Below, one piece after another: positions 12,367 to 23,310 of a stretch of DNA of 64,000 bases. The first letter of the stretch is position 1; every line of letters starts with the position of its first letter. The stretch comes from Catajapyx aquilonaris (Eukaryota), in contig KZ538267.1 of NCBI GenBank assembly GCA_000934665.2, forward strand, positions 1 to 64,000. The letters are read 5' to 3'. The notes under the pieces are model-generated. The model saw only the letters and a list, made by a program, of their open reading frames with translations. It was not told the origin of the DNA and made no database searches. The translations under genes were made by a program, and so were the position numbers.

Positions 12367-12501
12367 TAGCTACTGGAGAAAACGTGATGGATTAGTCACT
12401 CCAGTCGCGCATGCTCATCCGCAGATGTGGAAGTGCGCATGCGCCACTGCATGGACGGCGCATGCGCAGCTGGAGTGACTAATCCACTTTTTCCAGGGCT
12501 A
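12367..12501. mobile_element. Palindromic MITE-like element
   Basis: Perfect 17-bp inverted repeat tggattagtcactccag (12388-12404) / ctggagtgactaatcca (12470-12486), extending imperfectly outwards to TA dinucleotides and inwards to gcgcatgc motifs. Confidence 0.65.
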
Positions 12502-12805
12502 TGCAGAATTGTCCATCATTCTGTACATAATCCAGCGAATTTGCGCCATCTTTTAGCAACAGGTGCTATACGTATAAGGAAATAAAAAAAATTGCTTCAA
12601 GAAGGAAGTGCTGGGATTCAGAAAGCACCCCTCTTTTTTTGAAGGGGAACCCTTAGGAAAAGTTAATAAAGGGCAAAGAGAGAGGTTGGGGGAAGGTTCA
12701 AAAACTGCCCCAAGGGTTGGATACACGGAGGGGAAGAAGAAGAAAAAAAATCCACTCTCCTGGTCTAATGCGGACTCTTTTAGTCAGCAGGAGGGTGCGA
12801 ATATA

Positions 12806-12889
12806 CAGGGTGGCACATTGCAAGTCATCAAATCAAGTTGGAAAAGTCAGCACTTACCCTGTATTGAATTGGAGCAATGTACCACCCTG
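12806..12889. mobile_element. Tc1/mariner-type MITE (84 bp)
   Basis: TIRs cagggtggcacattgc / gcaatgtaccaccctg (15/16 match), TA on both sides. Confidence 0.8.
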
Positions 12890-13680
12890 TAGTCCTTTAT
12901 AAAAGAAAAAAAAGGTGCGTGACTAGACGCATTATGGCAACCCGCTTTCAACTGCTCTTTTCCAAATCGAGCAACCTGGGGGCTATCGACAATCGACTGG
13001 ATAAAAACAGCCAAGAGCTTTTAACCCGCACCCTGCCGGCTCTATTTTTTGGGGCCTATTTTTATAGCTAGTATGTAGTCACGCACCCTGTAGACGCGTG
13101 TGATGGGCGTGTCCGTCCCCTATTTGCAAAACCGGCTTGATAATCCCCGCCTCATTAGCATCGCTCAGTGCGTGAGCCGCCGTCTTTAGAGTCGGGGCCA
13201 AATTGGCAGCGGACAACAAAAGAACAGGAGGAGTGGGGGGAACGCCTTTTATACCCTCCCTTGGAATAGATGGAAATTCCGGAGTCAATTCACGCCGGAA
13301 TCAGAATTGGCAGAGCCGCTAATTGAGAACCGGGTCAATCACAAAGTTCACCAGGGCAACTCATAAAAGGAAAGGAGAGCTTATTTGATGCGGACGGTTT
13401 TGCAGTGCCCTCAAAGTGATAAAAGGACCAGCACCAGGATCCGTGTTAACTTTATGCTAGATCATTCTATTAGTTTCTCAGAACTTGCAAAGGTTGTGAT
13501 TACACAGCCCCGGTTTCAATTCATGGGGCTGTAGCTGCACCCAAATTTCGCAAGCCATGTTGGCACATCTGGTCGTACAGTATCCTTTCGGCACCGTCTA
13601 TTAAGGGGAATATCCGACTGCGGTTGCACCACTTGTGTGTCATTTCGCATAAAACCTGCTCACCGGAATAATCGGTTGTA

Positions 13681-14203
13681 CAGGGTGGTGCAGTGTTCAA
13701 AGTCTACATTTCAATATGTGGGTATAGGTGCAGAAGATAAGCCTTACAAACACAATATTTTTCTGCCACCAATTTGATGCAAAAGTGTTCAGCAAACTTT
13801 ATAAAATAATATATGCTCACTGAGTGTACATTAATTTTTATTCATTCGTAAAGTAAGCTCCAACCAATGTATCTCCGCCTTGTCGTGGGGGCTTGCGTTT
13901 CTCCCGTGACCCCAAGAGCTATGCCGGCGGTAACTTCGTCTACTGTGGCAAGTCTGACAGGCCTTTGGGATAGAAGCCAGACTACTCATTTTTCCTATTC
14001 GTTTTGTGTCTTCTTATATAGTCACATAGTTGCTTTGGCTTCTTCCTAATAAACCAATAAACCAAACTAAGTAAGCTACATAAAGGAAGCTGCTAGTGAT
14101 AACTGGCACTGCTATGTCTGAGCTGCATTAGCAGTGAAAGTGATGAAAGCAGATTCTGTTGCTTCACACCTTCTTGCTGGAGTGAACAAGCTGGACCACC
14201 CTG
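13681..14203. mobile_element. Tc1/mariner-type non-autonomous element carrying a nested retroposon
   Basis: TA|cagggtggtgcagtgttca ... tgaacaagctggaccaccctg|TA imperfect TIRs with TA TSD. Confidence 0.7.
13860..14068 (+). mobile_element. Short RTE-related retroposon (SINE-like) with 9-bp TSD
   Basis: Flanked by direct repeat aagtaagct (13851-13859 and 14069-14077); tail (aataaacc)2; body ccgccttgtcgtgggggcttgcgt...tgaccc..gagctatgcc resembles, from recall, the conserved 5' region of RTE-clade LINEs (BovB/Expander). Confidence 0.7.
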
Positions 14204-14519
14204 TACCCTACGAGCACTATTAATGTAACGCCTCGATTGTTGGCAACCTTCCCACGGATGGTGGTTACATATCAGGCGACCGTTTTGCTAACTTTGGCCT
14301 CCGACTCTCAAAAAAAGTGCTGGCAGATAGGGATTTCCTAATGTCTCCCGGACCATTAGCCTTACCTGCTCTGCACTAACCTGTAAATGCTCAACTCCAA
14401 AGTGACGGCGTATAGTTACCCACAATTCCAACTCTGTTACGAGCCGTAAACGTGTTTGAACTCGCGAAAGATATGGCGCCAAATCGCACTATTAAAGTTG
14501 GGGGGGGGGGGAGGAATGG

Positions 14520-14533
14520 NNNNNNNNNNNNNN
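14520..14533. other. Assembly gap (N run)
   Basis: Ns next to a poly-G tract. Confidence 0.99.
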
Positions 14534-16994
14534 GGGAGGGTTTTAAAAATATATATACTTTTTTTTTGTTGGGTTGAGAAAGAGCCCTGGGTTAATGGGA
14601 TGTCAAATTGGGCTTATGTGTGATAATTCGAGGCACGAATGGACCCATGCAGGGGCATCATCAAATGATAAAGTGTGTACAACGGGAATATTCTGATATA
14701 TGTTTTTGCAAGTGTGTAACAGCACGGAATAATCGCGCAGATTTTCATTTTAATCCTAGGTTTGTGTAGCGCCCGGCCGCTGAATTATGTGCGTTTAAAT
14801 AGGTGTTAATAATACGAGGTGGGAGAGTATTATGTAAATCAATGCAACGCTGTACTATTGAGAGCGAAACTCGTGCTATTCCGTGACGAGTTTTAATCAG
14901 TATTTTTTTAAATGCTCCTGTCGGTTCATATTTGTCATGTAGGCATGATTTCATATTGTGCATATACACTCTGGTGTAATGGATACATTTTAAATATTTC
15001 TTTCCTGCTCTTCACCTATACATTCTTTCACTTACTTTTTTCCTCCCCAGTTGACAAGACAAACGGATTGAAATGTGATGGTTCTTAGATGTCCCTTTGG
15101 CCCACCCCATTTTCTTTCTTTTCCTTCGTCCTTCTCTTTTCCTCCCCCATACACTTTCTTCTTCTTCTTCTTCTTTTTGGGTCGTCTAGTGTTAGTCCGC
15201 CACCTAGGTTCCTGCTCTGATTGCCAGATTGGGGGCGCAGGCAGTCGGCAAGCAAGCGCTCCTTCCACGGAATGCCAAGCAGAGACCTTTGCACCCGCTA
15301 TCACATACATCGCCGCGCCGAATGGGATTTATAGAAAATTCCTTGGCACTTGCTTATCACAGCGATGTGCGCCGCATATTCAATCCCCTCTCTCGCGCCC
15401 CCAAGAACAATTGAACGAGCGGACAATTCCCTCCTGACTCGAGGTGTGAAGGAATTACTAAAACGGATGGCGAGAGAGCGAGAGAGAAAGAGGAGAGAGA
15501 GAGTTGGAGGCAGGCAGGGGATTGCCACTAGGATTTCCGATCCACTGCGGTCCACCCCGATCCCCAAGTGACCTTCAGTCAATTTGAAATGGGGGAGGGT
15601 CAAATTGGGCGGAAATGACGTGTTGGGATGTAACACGACCACTTGTGTAAGCCCCTGTGCAGAAGAGGTGCGCATACAGACCGCCGATGCGCAGTATGGC
15701 TGCGCAATGGTATATGCGGAAAAGATGCGCAGAAGCAATGCGCAGTAGTGCAATCATATTTCTGCAATTAATAATTTACCTACAATTTTCATATCGACGT
15801 GTCGAATCTCTGGGCATTATGGCAATTTCGCACTGAATAACAAGCTCTTTGCAACATACTCTCGGACACACAAAAAAAATATGTGGGATAAAAGGCAGGT
15901 CAATCAGAAGTATAAATCTCCAGCTCGCGCAATTATGCCCCTCGGAGAGAGTCAACTCTGCCGCTTTATTCTCTGTGGTTTGCCAAATGCGTGTGCGTAT
16001 ATGCGTGAATTATACTGCAATAAAGATGGCCAGTTCAGATTGCATTGGGGGGGAGGGGGGGGGGGCAAAAACATGGGATTCCCTGCATCTTATCTGATTT
16101 GGAAACTTTGCGGGGATTGTATGTAAAACGACCTGGAGCATGGTCATATCCGCTGGACTCTTTTGTAACCGGGTACGATCCGATTCACACACGCTTTTAT
16201 GCCTCGCGATTTTTTAAAATAAAAAAAAAAGCTGCGTCGAATTAAAAATGCGTTTTTTTTTTAAATAGAGCGAACGAGAGGGTAAAAATTAGGCATGGGA
16301 AATTAAACATCGGTTCCGAATTTTTTTGATATAGAAACAAAGTTGTGCGATTCCCACGCACAAGTGTATGTCAAAAGGCTTTTGGCTGTATAACTACAGC
16401 AAATTTAATGCGTTTTTATGTATATAACTTTCACCATATTTCCGACTGTTTCATATAATTATCGGCAGGACATCACTGCCCTGGAACATTTTTGACATGT
16501 GTTCATAGTGGATGTGGTTAATTCGAATGCAATCGTTCAGTGTGAGTTGAACAAATTAGCGCTCATATTCCAACAGTTTTTTTTTTTTGGTACAGATTTT
16601 ATCCAACCAAGCAGAGATATAAATGACACCACAACAACAGCTCATATTCGATAACCACTAAAATGAATTGCGTAATAATAATAATAAGCAGCGTAGATTA
16701 TTCTCATTTCAGTTTTGACTCTAATTAGTCAATATATTTCCACGTGTACTGTAATGAAGTCGTGTACCACAATTTTCGTGTTCTATACGAGTGGACTGTG
16801 CTTGGCCTTTCCCCACTCCAGCAAGCTCCATCCTTGCGTATGATGAAAGATGATTAAAAGTGCTCCTCCCTTGCCATCCACGGCAATATCACATTACCAG
16901 AGAGAGAAGCGGACATGAGAATTAGTCGTCAGGAAGAGCCAAATCAGAGGCCATTTCCAAAATAATAACAACATTTTGAGAGAGGGGGGGGGGG

Positions 16995-17216
16995 NNNNNN
17001 NNNNNNNNNNNNNNNNNNNNNNNNNNNNNNNNNNNNNNNNNNNNNNNNNNNNNNNNNNNNNNNNNNNNNNNNNNNNNNNNNNNNNNNNNNNNNNNNNNNN
17101 NNNNNNNNNNNNNNNNNNNNNNNNNNNNNNNNNNNNNNNNNNNNNNNNNNNNNNNNNNNNNNNNNNNNNNNNNNNNNNNNNNNNNNNNNNNNNNNNNNNN
17201 NNNNNNNNNNNNNNNN
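16995..17216. other. Assembly gap (N run)
   Basis: Ns flanked by poly-G on both sides. Confidence 0.99.
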
Positions 17217-17313
17217 GAGGGGGGGGAGGAGGGGGGGGGGGGGAAACTGGGGGGAGATGAGTTGAGAAAACAAGTCTCTAATTACTGCTCAGGATTATAT
17301 ACGTGTATATGTA

Positions 17314-17390
17314 CAGGGAGATCCGGAAAGTTCAGCATGGTTTCTAACACCAGCTTAATTTCTCAAATATGCAAATGTTGGAGCACCCTG
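17314..17390. mobile_element. Degenerate Tc1/mariner-type MITE
   Basis: TA|cagggagatcc ... ggagcaccctg|TA; weak TIR match of the same CAGGG(T)G type as 12806-12889. Confidence 0.35.
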
Positions 17391-20121
17391 TAGTATGTAC
17401 AGAAAATAAACGGTGGCAATCAGTCCTTTCCCCTTCGTCTCATCTAGAAACTCTGGGATGCTTGGGAAGGAGAAAAATACGCATCGCATAGGGCTGTTTT
17501 GGCAGAGTCGAATGAAAAGATGAGGTTTCAAGTTTCGTCTGCCGAAAAACGCGTTGGTCGAGTTGCAATAAGCCAACCATGTGCGATTCATGCGGACGGA
17601 AAAGGCAATTAGTCTCATCCCCCTCCCTCGAGGCCTAGAGTCGTTTTTCACTTAGTTTAGTGTCGCTCTGCAGAGGGAAAAACCTGGGCTAATGTTGACA
17701 AAAATAACAATCACAGCACGTCTCAACAGTCGAACAGATGGACAGGTATTGTATCGAAGTATCTAACGAGCTGTAAGTCATTAGAAGATATAACATCTAT
17801 AGAAGATTTTTAAAAATAAACAAACGCAACCGAGTGCGCACCACAGTTCGCGCAGCTTACACGGTTGGCATTATCATTGACAGTTTGTAACGGTTTGTAA
17901 GCTATCTGTAGCGTGGGTGTACAGACTTGCGCTATTTCCAACGCTACGCTTGAGGGGGAAACAAAATTTGCGACGTTGGGGAGTAACTGTGGCACAATGG
18001 AGCTGCGCGAGTCTGGATGCGCACTCGGTTGCAACTAAAGTGATTCAACTTTTGTCAAAGATTGATCGCCTGTTAGCTCCATTTTAAATAGTACCGTACA
18101 ATAATTGGTAGTTGTTGGCTATGCTGGGGGTTGGGAGTAAACACAACAATGCACCTGATATTAATGCCCGGTCCGTTAAGCTCCTTTGCCGTTCATTGTT
18201 TGGCATAATCCGTCCCAGGCAAAAATAAAAAAAATATGCAAATCGCAATTCATAATAAACCAAATCCCATTATTACGTAGGCATGCACGGAGGGGGAAAT
18301 TGGGGAGGCTTGGTTTCGAGTTTGTTGCCATGCACATGAAGAGTATCGCGTCATGCCAAAATGCACTTCGGGATACAATGTGCATAACCTCCCTCTCCCT
18401 ATAGTACTCAAAACCACCCTCTCACTACTGGGGGCAGGAAGTCTAATTTCAAAGTTGAGTACACGGCCAGGTGAACAATTATTGCGATTGGCAGATCTTT
18501 ACAACAGATCCTCCACAGCTTACCTGCTGGTGCGAGACACACTCCTGGTAATAATCGTAATTAAATTGGAGAAATTGCCCACCGGATTCACTCAGAAAAT
18601 TGCAACGTACGTGTAAAGGACACAAATTGCAATTGTACAAAGCAATAAAAATTAATATTCACGGTGTAACCGTACACGTAAAAATGATAATTTCGATATT
18701 CTTCCACTAAAATTTTGCCTCGATTTTTTTTCCCTGCAGCAGTTGAGGAGCAAATTACGAGACTGGCTTCTTGTCTGCCCCTAATTTCAATCTGTCTTCA
18801 TTAGTCCCACGAGATAACAGGAATGAAAGAAGCTTGCAAGAGTCCCCTCCCCCCCTTCTCCCCTTGCTTCTTGGATAAGCTTCTTCTCCCCCCTCACAGT
18901 CTCATGAGCATTTTATTTCATTAGTTCTCGGCAATCAGAAGTCAAGCCTTGGCTTCAGGGCGACCTGTCATGTTTCATGCTCGTGAGCTGCAACAATGTG
19001 TTTTGCTGCTTTAAAAATAAAATAAAAAAATGTGAACTAACACCGTGCGAAAATTTCATCTCATTAGCATGCGTCGCGAATACCTGAAATCTGCACGGTT
19101 GCCATAATACCAGGAGGGAAGGATATAAATTAAGCAACCGGCTGGGCCTTATTGTTGGTATTTAGGGGAGACAAATTTCTGAAATCTGTGCAACTTTTTT
19201 TTTTTTTTCGTCGAATGGAATTATCGAAGTCTGGCACAAACGAAATTTGCGAAAACTTTTCTTCGGATTTTCTTAAGCAGAGGCGAAAGCGTTGCGGTTG
19301 CAAGGGTTTAATTAAAACGCCAAGTGGGAGTTATGTGATATGATATTATACTCGTACAAATGAGTAAGCAGCACATTATCGCAAAGTTTTGCCAATATTT
19401 AATTTTGAAAAAAAGCTGGCACATCACTCTTGTGATACGAATGGTATTTAGGCAAGGTTGGACAAGAACACTAATATTGAGAAGCAAAGAAATTTGGGAC
19501 GGCTACTTGGATAAGAACATTATACTTTTAGACGTCAAGTATAGCTGAATTTCTGTACGCACTGCACAGAATGTTTTCGGTGCAAGAGTGGCAGTTGCAT
19601 GATAGTGCATGATAGATTGCATCAGTACCAGTTTCATTTCTAAAAAGCTACGTGATAGTAGCAGATTATATATTCGTATGACGTTACATCTATGTTATGT
19701 GCTCACATATATCGTTCCAGATAAGTTTCCTTTCATACTAGAAGAATTTTTATATAAGCCTACAACATCTTGTATATGTATTGTTACCATATGAATATTA
19801 TCATATCTGCAAATGCTTGCTTTCTGTGTTTTATTCCATATTATTTTTACGCACTGTATATACACACTAGCTAAAAACTTTCACTTATATTATATACAGG
19901 ATTATTTATTTGTTTATTCATTTATTCATTTTGAATACCCCGTGATATGGCGAGGCCCTCTTGGGGGGACACAGCTCCACAAAGACAATAAAGAAAGAAC
20001 AATACAAGAAATATATGAGATTATTTTGAAAGGTCAGTTGTGTGGGGTCTACCACATCTGTGATTGTCAGCCACGCATATCGTACGACCAGAATGTTTTG
20101 AGTTTGTCAGAATACGGTGGG

Positions 20122-20130
20122 TATATATAG
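20122..20130 (+). promoter_or_regulatory. TATA box of chitin-binding peptide gene 1
   Basis: tatatatag within a context (cagaata.ggtgggtatata) shared with the duplicate at about 21205-21225. Confidence 0.65.
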
Positions 20131-20220
20131 AAGGACATGCATCATTCTCGAGAAGCCAAGCAGTATACAGTCTACACGGTGCACATTGACAAGTGACATC
20201 CAGAGAGTCGTATCAAGACA

Positions 20221-20562
20221 ATGGGTCGTCTCCTCTCCTCCCTCTGCCTGGTCGCAGTGTTTCTCGTCATGGCTAGAACTGCTTACGGTAAGGCCATAAT
20301 ATGCACACATCACCTTTTGCATTCAGATATCACTTCGAGTAACAACAACTGTTGCATTACATCGCTTTAATACTTGCGTTGTTTGTGTGTAATTTCTTCC
20401 ACAGGAGAACGTTGCCATACAGAAGGGTATTACAGTCCCGACATGAAGAATTTCTTCTACTGCAACAGGAACGGGAACAGTCACAAAATCGAGTGCCCTC
20501 CTGGACAAACCCTCATCTGGGATCCTAGTTTCCCAAACCCTCGTTGCCAATACAACCGCTGA
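20221..20562 (+). CDS. Secreted small chitin-binding type-2 (CBM14)-like peptide, 4-Cys variant, 74 aa; exons 20221-20287, 20405-20562
   Basis: Signal exon MGRLLSSLCLVAVFLVMARTAYG; phase-1 intron gtaagg...ccacag; mature ERCHTEGYYSPDMKNFFYCNRNGNSHKIECPPGQTLIWDPSFPNPRCQYNR with ChtBD2 hallmarks (GYY, FFYC, CPPG..W); AATAAA at 20615-20620; tandem paralog downstream. Confidence 0.88.
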
Positions 20563-21218
20563 CCACTGCTTTGATCTGCTCGATCTGCATGGAACTACAC
20601 CGTGTACAGTACGTAATAAAGACACATTATTTTAGAAATGGCAACTGATATTTTTTGGCAATATTAAAACATTTTGGAAACACTTTCCCCAGAGCGCCAT
20701 GCCATGATGCTTGGAAAGCCTCAGTGTTGCCTTTCCTTCCTGGATATTCCAGGAATCATCATGTCCAGTAAGCTTAATTGAACCTGATTGTTTTACTAAA
20801 CAACACCCCGGTAATCTTCCACGCATTTCTCTGACAGTGAGACAGACAATCACACTCCCCATCAGTAATATTTACACTTTAGAGCTGTCATATTCTTCCT
20901 AGATTAAATGTACAAATTATATACAGCCTTTCTTATTACATAGTAAAACCTGTCTCGTAAATAAATGACAACATGTTGTAATGAAGTATCGTTGCAGATG
21001 TACCGGTATTCAATTCTCAATTTACGTGGTATTTACACTTTAGATTACGTAACACTTGTCACGTTGTTTGTTGCTTACGTAACGTTTATGATGCATTACT
21101 TGCTTTATTAGTTATTCAATACATTATTATTTCGAAATGTCAGATGGGTGCTGAGGCATATATGAAGCATGACATATGTGGTAGATTGTCAGCTGTGCTT
21201 TTGACAGAATAAGGTGGG

Positions 21219-21225
21219 TATATAA
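21219..21225 (+). promoter_or_regulatory. TATA box of chitin-binding peptide gene 2
   Basis: tatataa about 100 nt upstream of the ATG, homologous to the gene 1 promoter. Confidence 0.65.
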
Positions 21226-21325
21226 GCACCCTTATTAGTTGGACGTGCATCATTCGAGAGAGAGAGAGAAGGCGAATCAACACATTGCACGTTGACAGGT
21301 GACATCCAGAAACTCGCATCTGACA

Positions 21326-21668
21326 ATGGGTCGTCTCATTTCCTTCCTCTGCCTGGTCGCAGTGCTTCTCGTCATGACTGGAACTTCTTACGGTAAGGCC
21401 AATAACATGCACCCATCAATATATTATCGGTAGACTTGCATTCCACCCACTAAAATTCCTCCGTTGTTTGTGTGTGATTTCTTCCACAGGAAAAGACGAA
21501 GAACCTTGTGATACTTATGGAGAGGGGTATTACAGCAGTGACGACTTGAAGCATCACTTCTACTGCGACAGTAACGGGCACAGACACAACATTGAGTGCC
21601 CGCCTGGACAGACTCCCTTCTTCCATTCCATCAGATTCCCAAACCCTAATTGCGAATTCACTCGCTGA
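21326..21668 (+). CDS. Secreted small chitin-binding type-2 (CBM14)-like peptide, 4-Cys variant, 81 aa; exons 21326-21392, 21490-21668
   Basis: Signal exon MGRLISFLCLVAVLLVMTGTSYG; phase-1 intron; mature KDEEPCDTYGEGYYSSDDLKHHFYCDSNGHRHNIECPPGQTPFFHSIRFPNPNCEFTR; AATAAA at 21734-21739; clear tandem duplicate of 20221-20562 including promoter and UTRs. Confidence 0.88.
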
Positions 21669-22954
21669 CCACTGTTTTCACACCTAGGCCGGATCCTCAT
21701 GGAAATACTGTACACATCGTATAATTGTACGTAAATAAAAGCACATTCAAAGACTCGAAATTTTTGCTAATGCTAAAAATATTTTGCTAACGTCTTCACT
21801 GCTACAAACAGTCCTGAATTTCCTAATACGTAGAGTACATGGGATGGAGTCGTTGCTAAATCAGCTCTTAATCTTCATCACTTCAAATTATACTTCTGAG
21901 ACCTTACAATCCTCCCCCAACATATCGGTACACCTCTGGAGTTCTACCCCTACATTACACGTGCGCCAACTACGTATAACCTTCATAATAAGTTAATAAT
22001 TTTTATTATTATCGTAATAATTTCATAATGATATTCTCCAGCGTAGAGTATAGAAATGACATCGGCGCTCAAGCTATACCATATGCAGTTATCCAAATGA
22101 AAATAATAGACAATGCAATAGGCTAAAAACCCTCTGGAGATGTTTTATGTTAATTCTAGGTTTAATCATGCGTTATTCCAAGCACCAACTACCTCAACTG
22201 CAACCTCGAACGGCTTCATTGTCCCAAAAGTACTCGTGGTAGTAGCCTACTAAAGCAGTTGAAAAATTATTCAACCGACATTATCACAGTCATACAGTAT
22301 GACTAATAATGGAAAAATCGGCATTTGTACGAGTATGGTGTATGGGCACTCAGTCTGACAGTGCACGTGTGCACCTTTGTCACATATTATTATATTTTAA
22401 CATAATCTGATGCACTCCACTGGACCTAATTAATCCAATTATACTGTATACAAGGAAGGAACATTCTGATAGGTATAAGTGCCCGACACACCTGGCTCAT
22501 CTGCAACTCACGTCTGATAACTGATAGAAAACTGATTACAATACAAACCGTATAATACTGTATATAAGAGTATTATATTGCATTACATTGGAGGCTTTTG
22601 AAAGCATGTGTCCGGGTAGTTCTTTAAATAAGTCATTGCGCTTATAAATACAGTATTGTGTGGCGAGTCCCACAGAACTCTTTTTTTAAAAACTTCGGCA
22701 TTTCCTTTGATATTTTTATCACAATACTTTAACAATTTTCCTTATCTATTATTTGCAACCTATTCACATACCAGAAGTTATTCCGTGAAACTAACAATAG
22801 TAGTACAGTTAAGGAAGTTTTCTGACAATGTGTTTGTCAATAAGCTTCATACTGTATATAAGGCCCTACATTTTTTGGAAGTGCCTTACTTATTCCACAG
22901 AGCTATATCTTTAGAAAACACCTATAATATCTGATATCAAGCGACAAATCAACA

Positions 22955-23310
22955 ATGCTGAAGTGTTACCTTCACGTGCTCTGCCTTTTTGTGGTTCTAT
23001 TCATGGTGGCTGACTCTGTCTCTGGTGGTAAGGAGAAACCTCTTTATAATTCCTCTTGTATAGCAATATAATAATTGTTACTGTCTGACAATGTGCGCGG
23101 GAGAGGGATATTTAAAGTGGTTTTGTTTCATTATCAGGTGATCCATTCTGCGACAGACATGGGCCAGGATACTACCCCTACCCATATGACTGCAGGAAAT
23201 ATGTAGTTTGCGACGCTTTCGGAAGAAAATTTGTATTTCAATGCGGGCCTGGCACTGCTTGGAGTACAGCATGCAATTGTTGCGACTACATCGGAAACGT
23301 CAATTGTTGA
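22955..23310 (+). CDS. Secreted single-domain chitin-binding type-2 (peritrophin-A/CBM14) peptide, 8-Cys variant, 81 aa; exons 22955-23027, 23138-23310
   Basis: Not in the ORF track. Signal exon MLKCYLHVLCLFVVLFMVADSVSG; phase-1 intron gtaagg...ttatcag; mature GDPFCDRHGPGYYPYPYDCRKYVVCDAFGRKFVFQCGPGTAWSTACNCCDYIGNVNC* fits C-x13-C-x5-C-x10-C-x12-C-x7-C; candidate TATA tatataa at 22855-22861. Confidence 0.9.

Noticed and set aside
16944..17273. ORFs of 94-109 aa
   Set aside because: They span an N gap and are artefacts
20107..21412. Similar minus-strand ORFs (GLTV.SSSHDEKHCDQAE)
   Set aside because: Antisense of the duplicated signal-peptide exons
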